43,962 nucleotides of DNA from contig CAJVPI010000192.1 in assembly GCA_910592345.1 (NCBI GenBank), positions 1-43,962 of the forward strand, given 5' to 3'. The notes beneath the pieces were generated by a model. The model had not been told where the DNA came from, ran no database searches, and saw only the letters and a program-made list of their open reading frames with translations. The DNA comes from Paraglomus brasilianum. Taxonomy: Eukaryota. The position numbers were made by a program, and so were the translations under genes. Shown here in pieces: positions 24,598 to 37,617 of this stretch. Position 1 is the first letter of the stretch, and each line of letters starts with the position of its first letter.

Positions 24598-27500
24598 CTA
24601 TAGTTTGCCTTGCAATACCAATTCTATACTATTATTAATGAATTCCTTACGCGAAGACATGTCAGCGTTAAACGTGGCAGTCAGTTGCTCACGCACTAGA
24701 TGGTAAGAAAGTAGAGTTATTCATGTCAGTTATATTCAATCAAGTAAGAAAGTTTGCTGCAAAGATCCCAATACCAAATACGAATACAATAATCATAACG
24801 TTGTCGTCATCATAATTGCATTCTAACATCCCTTATTACATACCTTGTTTCTTAGTAATGCTCATGAGATTGGCAGTTGCTAGAATATTTTTGATTTCAG
24901 CCAAGACTTCCTCGTCGCTTGGTCCGTCAGAAAGCACAGCCGAATAAGCACTTAGGCGGTTAACCTGAGCGCCATAGAATTCCATATCCTGGTTGCGCGG
25001 AGCAATCATAGAGCTTCTTGGTTCAGAGTAATAATCTCCAACAGCGCTAAACGCCCTCGAGCTTCGTAATTCTGACTGTTCGTACTTGGGCGCAGGAGAC
25101 CTTGATCTTCCTCTTGTTCTGTCAGGTGCGGCTAAATTCGTATCTCTGAAATAGTCACTCCCTCCGCCGTATTGACTTCCACCAAATGCACTTCCAGCAT
25201 AACTAGGCTCGTAATTCCTGTGCGATCCTCTGCTGCGGTAAGATGCAGCACTACCCCGCGACACTCCTGACTCGTGTGACCCTGTCGTGCCAACTTCCCA
25301 TATTTCTTGTTCGTAATCTGCCCATTTCTTCTTTGGAATCGATTTTTCGTCGAATTTCTCATTATCGGTAGTAATGATTTGTTTCTTGCCTCCCTCGCCT
25401 ACTACGACGCGAGTGTTACCCCATGAAAAGTCATCAAAATGCCAGAATGCATAGACTGGAATGAAGAATGAGAATAACGGGAATGCCAGCAAATATATAA
25501 ACATCCATCCAACGTGCTGCCATTGTCTCTTGAGTATAAAGATGATAGCCTGTAAACCGTAAACTGCAGCAATCATGACAAGTGAAATAATAGGCAATGC
25601 TTGTCTGTCCGTTGCGACTGACCATATGAGGTATATAATATAAACGACAGTCGATGGAAGAATCAGAGTACCGAACAGATCAATAAACACTATAAATCTC
25701 ATTGAGAAACAACAGAAACCACACATTTCAGACAAGAACATCAGCTCCATTAAATTATGAACGGTAGAGTTGATCCATCTACGCCGCTGTGACAACAAGA
25801 TGCTCCACTTGTCAGGTGCAGCCGTTTTACTCAATGCATCTGGTGTAAATGTCATCTTGTATTGTGGAAAGTGTTTCATCATGAGCGTAGTCAGGTATCG
25901 ATCTTCACCCAAGGACAACAGATTCTTCTTGTGAAGCGTATCCACGTGATTCTCAGAGTATCCTTCAATTACGTGATTGGATATAATCAATGGAGTATTT
26001 TTGGTTGGAGTTCGGATACGATACATGCAGAAACATCCAGGCAGACAAGTGACCGACCCAAAGAGCGATTCAAACGCTTTTGCTAAATGGTGAGAGATAT
26101 AATACTCGTATACTTGTATCATTGTTGTCCATGAACCTTCCTCGTTGATCAGAGTAGTCTCACCGCATATACCAATGATACGAGCATCGTGAAGCATACA
26201 CGATATCATACGATTCAATGAATCGGGCATTACTTCAGTATCGGCATCAACCATTAAAATATACTCGTAGAAACTGGGATTGACTCCAATGACATTCTTC
26301 ATCTGATGATAAATCTCCAATTCAAGCGGATACATCTCCAAGTCAAAGTGTACTTTGTTGAGGAATCGCATAAGAATGATTTGTGAATCACGTTTACCAC
26401 GATTACCGGGTCTCGAAAGTTCTGAGGGCTTTCCCACTTTGACAACCACAATGTACGGAACGACGTGACCTTCATATTCATATAGACCGGAGTACACTTT
26501 ACCGTAATTCAACTGAGCAGATCCCTCACCGACTGACTTGAACGACAGTGGTTCAGGATCCATTCTAGGATCGACCCCAAGGATATCAAGAACTATTGTG
26601 GGCGTAGGTCTGTCATTACCGGATCCGACAATCATACCATCACATATGAGAAAGATTAGTTTACGTTTATCATCATAGGTAAGCGCTGCTAGAGCATCCA
26701 TCGTACGCCTTAACGAATCTTCTCCTTCCGTATAACAAGGTACTTGGCAAATGACAAATTTATCATGGTCCTCTGGCTTGCGTCTTGATCCTAATTGTAA
26801 TGCAGCCAAGAATTTCACACCAATGACAGCGAATAGTATGCACGAGAAAGTCAACAACATGTAATTATTGAATTGACATCTGAATGATTTACGGAAATCG
26901 ATTCCACCAATATAGAATATTTGCTGTAGACAGTTGAGATTGGCATCATAATCGTCTGCCGTAGCAAAAGCCTTGTTGAATCTGCTCGTTATATCTTCTC
27001 CGGAAAAACTTTTGAATAGAGTTTCGACAGAGTCGCTCAAATAATGATAATTAGGCGAATTACTTGGGGGTCGTTGAGGTTGTCCTGCCGAACCCTGAGA
27101 AGCAAAATACTGAGTCAAATCGTACACCCCCTCATTGATAATGGCCCATAGTCTGGGATTTTCACCTTTTCCCTGTTCGAGTACATCTTTTCGCGACCAC
27201 ACAAGCCGGGCCTTGTACATTGTCTTCATACGAGGAAGGAAATAATTGGTATACCAATTTGGGTCAGCAAGTTTAGAATTCGGGTTTGGAGCATTTTTAC
27301 CAAAATCGTGAGAGAATGCACCCGGAACACTGTTACTGAGATTCAGCGATAATTTGACAGTATCCGGATTCACACCAAAGTTCAACCCAGTACAAGTTGT
27401 GCTTAACGGCAATGGGAAATATGGTGTGACATCCTGACCACCATACGGCTCCATGGCCGCCTTTGATGCAGTTTGCCCAGGGATATCCGAATGAGCTATC

Positions 27501-30500
27501 GAATTCAGCCAGAAATTACTCAAGTCAAATACGTTCCCTCGGAAACTAACCCACCAGTCAGTTTCACCAGTATGGAAACCAACTTCGTTTTGAGCATACA
27601 CCTTGTCGTCACCGGCACAAATCAAATGACCAAAGAAGACAATGTAAAAGATGATTATAGCAGAAAGGAGGAAAATGAGAACACAGAGAGTAAATTTCTC
27701 GCGCCAAGCCATCCGGACGTCAGGCCGCTTCATTTTGCCAATGTATCTAAGCATAAAGCCTGGAATCCACCAAGTCATAAACCAGACAAAGCGGACCCAC
27801 CAAATGCGTACGCGGGTGACGGGGACTTCTTCGATTTCTTCGTGGGTTTCTATCGCTTTTTCATCTGCTTTAGCTATATCTTGAGCATAACTATTGAAAA
27901 GGGGTAATGTACAATTTTCGAAACGTTATTCGATCGTGAAAAGGAATAAGCAAAACAACACATGATATAACAGCGAATATACCGGGCATTTGCCCAAAAA
28001 AAAAAAAAAAAAAAGCTACTCACCCAGCTCCCCACAAATTCCCTTCTTCTTCATCGCCACCATATTGTGTTCCTGTTCCAGCGCTCCTCGAATTAAACTC
28101 GTCTTCGCTACCAACATGGCTCCCTTGATCATCCAAATAATCAGCTCCGGCAAATTTGGGTAACAGTCTTGCTCGCGAGCCACCTTTTGGTACGCTTCGC
28201 GAATACCTCTCGTCTCCTTCGAACCCGCTAGCCTGACTATCATCGTCTCTAAATGCCTTGGCTTTTGCCCTTTCTTCCTTCTCAGAGGCTCGAAGGCTAT
28301 CCTCGAGTTCTTTCCATACAGAGTCTGACAAAAACACCATTGACCTGCCCAACACAATGGATGACTCGTCCCATCCAGAGATTGTAGCAAACGTCTCGAC
28401 TTTTTGAGCATCGCTACGCGATGGTTCCAAGTTCAAAGGTGCTAGGATATACTCGTAACGTGCCAAAAAGTCCTCAAAAGTATAATGAGCAGTATACGAT
28501 CTCTTTAAACGAGCGGTGATATCGGGAATTAAAAAGCTTCTGACTTGGGCTTTGACTTTTTTTGCGTCATAGTGATCTGGTTCTTGTGAATCGTTGGGGC
28601 GGATTTGGAAGACATTCCATAAACGAGTTTCGCCGAACGTCTCTAAAAGTTGGTTCAGCGTTTGATACAGCTGCGTAGTAACTGTGCCGACACCAGATTG
28701 TTTTTTCGAGCTGCCGTCGTCTATTTTTTCCGATTCGCCTTCTGTCTTTTTCTTTAGCCTCTTCATGCTTGGAGATCTCATTGGTTTGGTTTGCAGTTGA
28801 GCCATGACGACCGTTTTGTCCGATCTCGGGTGATTTTCGATAGATAGTGCTGGTCCGGAGAACAGTTTGCTGATAAATGGGTTGGTCGTATCTCTGAATA
28901 AGTTGACAAAGTCGGGCGATAAGTTGTCAAGATTCTTATCGACGAATTGGTCGACAGAATATGTTACTTGTCCTGCAAAATGACTGATTCCAAACGCGCC
29001 TGATTTAGACGAAAACTTGGATGTGGATGGTTTGGCTACGTATGATGGGTGGGAAGTGTATGTCTTTTGGAAAGCGGCGAGTAATTGGCTGTCGGTGACT
29101 GTTTCTTTGCCACTCTGCACTTTGGCACATTCTTGATCCAAAAGGCCAATTAGTCCACCTGGTTTCTTTGACGATTTAGGAGAATCTCCCCTAAGTAATT
29201 TTACACATTCTTTATTGTCCATAGTCATCACCCTTCTAATCGCGACACCATCATTTTTTAGTTCAGCATTTTCTCCGTATAAATCATCAAAAATGTTCTT
29301 TAATACGTAGTTTTCGACTTCTTCTGTAGCAAAGTTGGCAGTAAACTGTTCGAATGCATTGCTCGTAAAGTTTTGGTATCCCGGCTGATCCAACAGTCCG
29401 ATAAAGTTTGGTGGTTCGTCTGACTGGATCAACTTGGAATTGATATGCTCTACTATCCATGTAAACAAGATAGAATACAGTACTCTGGCGAGTCCGTCTC
29501 TCTGTTCGGTGGCAGCCTCGGCATTCAGAAATACAGTACACAGTTCTTTCCTGATGAATTTTGTCTTGTACGTCAGTGTTGACTGCAACTTGGCAGGCGC
29601 CACTCCCAAGAGTCCAGCAGCCGACTCTAAAACGTGGTGGTTTTTTATAGCTGCAGCTTCGTCTTTTGCATTCTTTCCGGGGTCGACGAATTCGATGTTG
29701 CCTAATAATAATATACCGGTGAGTAATTGCCAGATCCGGGATATTGTTCTAGGTTTGAACTTTAATGTTCTTAATGCATCACGGAGCTCGTCCATCTTGA
29801 TGGCATCGCTGACATCACTGATTTTATAGCATTTCGATTGAGACAGATAATGATAAGAAGATGGATCTTGTAAACGTAGCTGAGATTTCTCTTCGCTTGT
29901 GGCTCCGGCCAGTAAATAGTAGAACGCATGATAACTTCTTTCGTCTTGTGGGACAGATGTGACGCGTGCTTTATCGAATCCGTATGTTAGAAACTTTGTT
30001 CCGATGATGCGACCTCGCTCGTTGAATTGCAGCTCGGTGTATTTTCCATATCGTGATGCGTTATTGTTTTGCACTGTTTTTGCATTGCCAAATGCTTCGA
30101 GAATTATCTGTGCACTTTCAATTTGATAGGACATTTTTGATTCTTTCTTTGTGTGTGTGGAGAGGAGGAGAAGTTGCTGGACGAGATGATTGTGGCTCGC
30201 TGATTTTCCTGATCCTGTGATTCCGCTGGGTTAAAATTGGGGAGAGTATATGGTTTAGTTCAAGTTTTCGAGTAAATTAATTATGGAGATAGTAATTGGG
30301 ACGAGGAAATAGTTATCAGGCAGGCATTCGTATAAAATATTAGGTTACATTAGGTAGATAACTTAGTATTTACAAGTGCCCTTCCCATCAATAGTACTAT
30401 GATAATACAATTCTATGCAAGTCTTAGTGTTTAAGATTAGTTGCTATGTAGTCTTACTATTATATTTAATTCATACCTGAAAATGACACTCTGGTCTTCG

Positions 30501-30847
30501 GCAGATCTCCTCATATGCAAGTATATTCTCGCGGCCAATTCATAAATGTGAGGCTGGAGACTAATCTTATTGCCACTAGTATCCTTGTACCATTGTTCAG
30601 CATATTCTTTCGCTTTAATATCGTTCATACATTCTAATGGTTTGTAAGGATTAACGGTAACCAAGCACGAAGCACTAATACGCGTATAAGGGCAATCGGC
30701 TTTATATCTAGCAGATAATAGTTGGACAACTTCTTCATCTGAAGTGCTCGCATTTGCAGAAGCAAGCAATTGAGTAAGGTCGACTCTATCATCGGTTGGG
30801 ATTCCCGAGGGAGGTCGATTTGAGGTGCGTGACTTTTTCTTTGCCAT
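24598..30847 (-). CDS. Myosin-motor chitin synthase (class V type): myosin head, two cytochrome b5-like domains, CHS2 catalytic domain, DEK-C; 4 exons
   Basis: Exons 30847-30477, 30225-28024, 27890-24844, 24695-24598. P-loop SGITGSGKS, switch I NNNASRYGKY, AWREK, QVPCYTEG, MVDADT, CLPGCF, LGEDRYL, QRRRW, WHFDDFSWG, DEK-C ITKKQVREQL. Confidence 0.95.
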
Positions 30848-33304
30848 TTTGTATATAGAGTTTGGTGATGTATAATATTAATACTGTCTAGGTATTTTAT
30901 TTTATTTTATTTTTACTAAATGCTCAGTGTATTCGCTGAGTATTTAGTTGTGTTTATTAATATAGTGAAATGTAATCCTGTAGTAGCATTTATTAAAGAT
31001 TATGTGTTGTCTGCTCGTCAGCAACACGAAAAGCTGTTGCCAAAGGAAGACTGCAAAAGTTATAAAGGGAGCAGAGGTCAGCAAAGAAAGTGGAGCAGGG
31101 GATGTGTTACTGTATAAGTAGTGGGGGTTACAATGACGGGGAATATAAGAGGGGATAATTGAGTGTTGAAATTCTGATACTAAAAATACACTTTGACCAA
31201 TGGTGGTTGCAGAATGGCTCTATTTGTGGATGTGTATAAATGTGGGATGAGCGTAAATGAAGATGGGTTAGTAGAGAAACGATTATAAATAGTATAAAAA
31301 AAGCAGATTGTAATCAATCAAATTGCAGCAACTAAATTAAGAAGGAACAGAAGCGGATACCGAGGAGTGATGATGTACTGTACATGTAGGCTGTGTGCAG
31401 AATGTACAAATAGGTGATTCTCTCACATTAATTGAGAACGAGCAATTCTCGCTTCCTTAAGTTTGGAGATCGCAGTCTTTTCTGTCGCAATTCTCATTCC
31501 CTCGCTTGAAACAATGAAATCGTGCGACAGCTAAAACAAACAGTTTATTGTCTAATTCTATATATACATTTGTTATGCTTGCGCTTTATACTTTACGGGT
31601 AGTAATATTACTCTATCTCTTCTAGTCTGTTTCGATGTTATTTATATTAAGAACTTTTAGCCGTTCCCACATCAACGGTTCAGGAACCCATGCTCGATAT
31701 AGTAAGCGTCTCCGAAGGGCAATCTTCTTTATCAATCGCCGTACTAATAGTATTGCATGCTAACCCGGGGCACATGTATATCCATGTGACCAATCAGATG
31801 TGATTAATCCAATGAAGATAAATTATTGTACCTGTAATTTTCATTAATATTTGTAACAAGATTCTTAAATTACGAGGATGAAAATATATGTGCGTGGCAT
31901 AATGTTGTTTTTGTAAAAACCGCTCGTGGACTCAAAAGAATACTGTCAATCAGAATTCGAATTTTACACTCTGGACTCCCAGTTCTGTTGGGAAAAAATT
32001 GCAATCGTAACGAGCTATCTTGCTGATTGGTGGAAGCATCGGGTGATCCAAATTTTATACTAAATTAGCGATAATCAAGGATAGTAATAGTAATAGGGTT
32101 TGAAGATATAGTTTGGTGGCACAGCCATGACTTTAAGCCTTGCCAAGACAAATATGTTCGAGATGAAGGATCTGTCTTACTTGATACATCTAATATACGT
32201 ATTATATATATACGCTTGGATGTTCGATCACGAAAAGTTAGCCGATCATCACTCATAAGCGTAATGTTTATAAAATAGTTCGCTCGTTCGTTTCACGCAT
32301 AAACCTCAACAATGCAGGTAATTAATTTAGAAAACGCGAATCATCAAAACCTAACATGCAACACCAATATGCTGTGTTAGCAATAATGGGTAATTTATAA
32401 GAGATTACACAAATCGACTGTAGTGCAATGTTTCACTTCGATACTGAAAACTTCGAGATCCATGTTACACGAGACGTCAACTTACAAGATGGCAAAATCT
32501 ATAAATAGTCTGGCGTTGTCCTGGACGATAAGGAACTTAAAAAGGAAAAGGTAAAAGACAGCAGCACAAAGAAACAGGTAAACATAATAGATTTCATTTA
32601 AATTGAGTTGTTTCTTTTGCCCTGTCTGTTGGCCGCACTCCCATTTTTGTTGATATGAACAAGCTATGCTTTATCTATTAATGACGTCATAATGTCCCAT
32701 TTGTAAAAGAGCACAAGACATTCCGGGACCCGATGATCAACTTTCGATATATCACGCGATAATTTACAGTTTACAAAAAAATGAATGTCAATTGTAAACT
32801 TGTCTTTTTGTGAGCTTTGTTGTTCATGACTATAGAATCCCGACAATATTGAAACATTATACGTTTGTATTGTTTGGTGTTTATTAATAGCTCGATTGAT
32901 TTTAATGCCATGTACTATGCAAATACAATCGCTTTGATGTAAAGTTTAATAAATAAACCGATGATGCAAATTTTGTTTTTCAATAAAAATATCGTCAGTT
33001 CTGTGCTTCTTCAATTTTAATACTGCGCCCCTTTGTGATAACTACGTCATTCCTTCTCCTGTAGCTCGTGTGATTGAAATGTATTCAAGTTTATGATCGT
33101 GTTTGTTTAACTGGTTGCATAAACTTAATCCCTTAACAGCTAAAGGGCGCTGTAATTGTCTCGACGGCAATTCGATATACCAATTTTGTCAATTTCGTTT
33201 TGTTTGTTGTATGAATATATTTACAATGGCAAGTCACGTGTCATTATCCACATGACATTATATTATTAATAGAACAATCGCAGTTCGTTAGTGACAAGAC
33301 AAAC

Positions 33305-33905
33305 ATGTCTGCTCCAGTTCTATTGAAAAATAGAACTTTTAGAGCTTCTAACGAACACCATATCTTTTTTCAAACGACCGAGGCATCCGAGTGGAATTTC
33401 TCAAACTTTGTCTCGTTTTTGATTGATACCGAAGATATGGACGCGAGGCCTGTGCTTGCCGAGAAGATTTGGATAAAGACTGTCGCAAAAATATTATGCG
33501 ACAAGTCTGTCCCTCATGCCGTCCAAGAGTACATGGACGATATTCTGGTGTACTACTACGTAAGCATTGAAACAGCTCTACATCTTTACGAAGCACCTTC
33601 TCACTCTACCTCGTACTTAACAGGCTGAACATAACAACGATGTTATGAAAAGTGCGCGTAAGGCCTTGGAAGAGTTTTACTCTTTCAGGCTCACTATAGT
33701 ACCAAAACTATCACTCGCCAGATACGTTTCGATGGCATCCGAGGCGCTTGCGTCCATCACAATTTCTGGAAAGCGCGCTCGTGCCCTCGCATCAGACATG
33801 TTGTCTGATGAACCGAGCCGTAAAGCTCGGAAAATCGAACATATTGATTTGACAAACGAACTGCTTGATGGTCCATCAGCAGCAAGTGGTCCTTCTAATG
33901 CTTAG
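33305..33905 (+). CDS. Hypothetical protein, 2 exons, ~178 aa
   Basis: Exons 33305-33559 and 33624-33905; the gtaagc...ttaacag intron joins the two listed ORFs in frame. Basic RKARK (NLS-like) near the C-terminus. No recognised family. Confidence 0.55.
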
Positions 33906-34290
33906 GCCCATGTACTTTTCTTTGTCTAATTAGAATTGTTCAAATTTCTCTTTCTGACTGCGTAAATGTTTATTAGAAATGTGTAAACAAAAGAGCAATG
34001 CATGTATAATATTTCAACGCTATTGTTAAATGTCAAATAAGTACGCTATATTATTAAAGACTATCATATCACTTCGTTTCCGAATAATGTACCAAATATG
34101 ACAAATCGCAATCTTACGAAAAAGGGATTTATTCCATTCTTTGATCATGATGCCGAAAAGATTTGGATAAAGAGTGTCAAAGCCAATCACGCAGCAATTT
34201 TGTTTTGTCTGCTGTTCGAAAGTTTACTATTGAAAACTTAGCATACATTTGCTATAACTTTATAAAACTTTACACGCTTTCTATTCAGGC

Positions 34291-35297
34291 TGATTGCACG
34301 TTAGATTACTGACATGCATGTTGTGCGAAGAAACACATCCTAAAGCTCATAGCAACTGAAGCAACGCAAGTTTTACATAATCCAGCGATGATAGAGAATC
34401 CAAGGCAAGTATTGCCGTATTTTACGAATGAGTATCCATTGTGCATAGCATATGATTTCATTGTATCAAATCTCCGACATAAACCATACAACCCATCTAA
34501 ATTTACCGTTGTCTCTGTTTTAATGACGTTTGATTTTCGCGTTTTGCGCAACCATATTCTACATTATCAATTGCAGCAAATAGATTTATGATGTAGATTC
34601 ACTATTATCTACATATCAAAGCCCAACCCTAATAGCATAGAGCGTGGCGAAGACGAGTTACATATGTGAGAATGGTAACATAGCTTTGATGTTAGAGCAT
34701 ATAAAAGGAACTAGTATTTCATTTTACAAACTTATATCAATAAATAATTTATGGCTTTCAATATTGTTTTACTATTGTGAATGAAATATGAACTCGACAA
34801 TCAAGCCGCTCTTAACACCAGTGGCTAGATATTATAGTTCTGCCAAAGTAACGTATTAGTTGTTAATATTATTTACCTGGCTCTTTGAATTAGCTTAACT
34901 CTTGATACACGTATGGATATTTTAATTTTGCCATTGCTCCTCAACGATTTAACGAAACAGCCAAATAGTAAATTAATAAGAAATCCGCTCTCTATTGTTT
35001 TCAATTATAAGCTTACAACGTTGCCGTATTTAAACTAATTAGAGTGTCCTCAAGAATATGTTTTCACATACCTCCACCACAAACCTTTCCAATTTATCGA
35101 GATTTTTTGACATTCGCCTTTTCTAAGAAACTTTGTATTAAGTTTATATTTGGACTGCTGAAAGGCCAGCTGACGCAACAACACTTCACTTTTAAAATAA
35201 ATCACGCGGTGTAATTCAATGCAGTATTGCAAATTTTGATATGCGAGTAGGACACTTTGAAATAGTTCTTCGTTTAAATTAGCCGTTGAGAAAAAAA
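34291..35297. repeat. ~1-kb direct repeat, copy 1 (minus-strand gene relic)
   Basis: Starts tgattgcacgtta and ends agccgttgagaaaaaaa. Collinear with 40987-42063 apart from a few indels. Confidence 0.93.
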
Positions 35298-37617
35298 GAC
35301 TGCGCAGCCCAACCATGTGGCGTTAGCCAGCATTATGTCCTTTTAAAGTGGATGATTCTCAAATTTGATGTTCCTACAACTTGTTGAGGGAGCTGTAAAG
35401 AAACAGGATCCGGAGCTTTATATCTTGACTTTGTCGTAAAATATAATGGGAAGTTGCGCTTTGTAACGATAAAGAGATGAAGCCATATGTAGTGGAATCG
35501 AGACATGCAAGGCCTAAAAAAGTAGAGGTAAATCTCAGAAATGGCTTTATCTAATTGATAATACTTTGGTTTCGGAGGCATTAAAAAATCCGTATGGTTA
35601 GTTTTACTGTCAACACGCCGTTGTAAACACGTGTATCAGATACGACAAACATACCACTCTAAACTTTCATCCTCAAAGAGAAACGCTTAATCTTCCTACA
35701 TTCCCCCGACACCGCCATTATCCAAATTTTCTCTACTCTGATGAATATGTCCGATTATTGAATTTACACCCACTTGGGGTCTCTCTGCAAGCCAATTTAC
35801 CAAACGCGTGTATAATATCCTGGAAAGCATTTGTCGAATACTCCATTCGGTTATAATATTTGTAGATGGAACGGAGCAGCACAGACTCCACGAAAAATCT
35901 CCACCAGCGGTGCTCTTTGCCACAACAAATTTTTGGATAAACATATCTCACATTTCTGTCACATATTAAATAAATTGTTGGATAGGACGCGACCCGTATT
36001 AGCATACGAGTAATAATACCATACCAGCAACTCGTTAAATGATATGTACACACACATTAGTCTGGAAAGTCGGAGAAAAGGGCAAACCTGTTCTCTCAAA
36101 GCCTAGCAATTTCAGGATGCTACAATAAATAAATTGGACTAGCAAGCAAACATAATCGCGCCTGTAAACATGATGTCTAATAGTTCAATTACCAACGTTT
36201 TCAAATGGTTTGTCAAGATCAATTAGATTAGTTATAATCCAAACGCCTTTAACAGACTTCTGCCGTAAACAAGTTAAATCCCAAGTCAATTGCCAATCGC
36301 TCTCCCGTGGTAATTGACTCGACGTAGATAATACATTTTGCAATATGGCTACAAAAACACTTTGCAATTAGAAAGATTGACAAATCGGTCTATTTTATTG
36401 AACAGTAAATAAGCAATCAAATACTTTGAACAAACAAGCATACTGTTTATAACCATCAGTGCACGATAATCAGCGATAGGACTACAGTTATCTATGAAAC
36501 AAACTATTGATGTGCTACAACGGTTAGAGCATTATACTTTATTTATCATAACATTATCACTATCGTCTATTTCTTTATTTTCATTGTCGCCATCTGAGTG
36601 GTTTACATTTTCCTTCTTTTCTTCGTCAACTCAACGGTCTTTTTCCGTGGGGTGTTTTCCGTAGGTAATAGTTTTTTATCGTAGAGGCAGCTAGACCGTT
36701 TCCTTTACCGGTAATTCGTCGATTTCAATAGCCATTTTGTGAAATAAAAAATTCGAGTCCAACTCAATCAAGCCTTTTGTCAAATAAGATTTTAACAGGT
36801 TTTCGATTTCTGGTGGATAGTCACGTTGACCAATTTGTTTGCTATCAAAAATGTAGATCAGTCCGAAATTTTCAAATGTCGATATTCACGTGATACTATA
36901 AAATTCTTAATTTTATTGGCTAACATATACTGTATATATGAAATTCGGTGAAACATTATCATTGGCCCCACATTCCATCGCTAACATTTAGTTCGTTAAA
37001 TTCATTTACTTCAGTATCGTAATCAGCTATAACCGGAGCTATGTGATGTTTCTTTTTGGATGTATATCGTCCTTTCTTATCTCTAGATTGGTCGTTGGCT
37101 TTTCTTTTTCAAGAGGCATTTTTTTTTTACTAATTGATTTTTTACGCGATGTGATATTAATCTATAATAACGGAATTTGCTATCCAAAATCACGTGATTT
37201 TAAAGATTTTTATTGGTCAAATTCCGAATGAATGGGCGTCCGAAATTCGAAGATTAATAATAAGCGTCCGACTTTAATCCCTAATAACTTTTTATAATAT
37301 AATGTAATTAAAAAAACTAAACCATAAGTCTGAAAGAGAATCGTTAGATCTATCGTTTTTACGGTTTACATTTTTAATATTGTTTAAATTGGTGGACTAG
37401 ATAGGTTTTAAAGTTGCATGAATTTGTTTGATGACTATAGGTATAGTCTTGGATTTTTACGTCATTAATGCGTAATCGACATGTGCGAATTTCATCAATT
37501 ATCAGGGGGGACAATAATTACATTGTGAAAAGGTCTAGAAAGTTCTTTAATAATACGGCCGTTAGTATATTAATATTAGATTACATTGCGTAGCACGTAA
37601 GCGATACTTCTCTTAGC

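Noticed and set aside
25132..29829. Several short ORFs overlapping the chitin synthase
   Set aside because: Shadow ORFs in alternative or antisense frames of a long conserved CDS.
35333..36736. Possible minus-strand gene (MAIEIDELPVKE.., ILKLLGFERTG.., several 60-106 aa ORFs)
   Set aside because: Probably a pseudogene, but there are many stops, no consistent spliced frame and no recognisable family.
36820..37260. Clustered CACGTG, CCAAT/ATTGG and gtccgaaatt motifs
   Set aside because: Could be promoter elements or transposon ends; cannot be distinguished from sequence alone.
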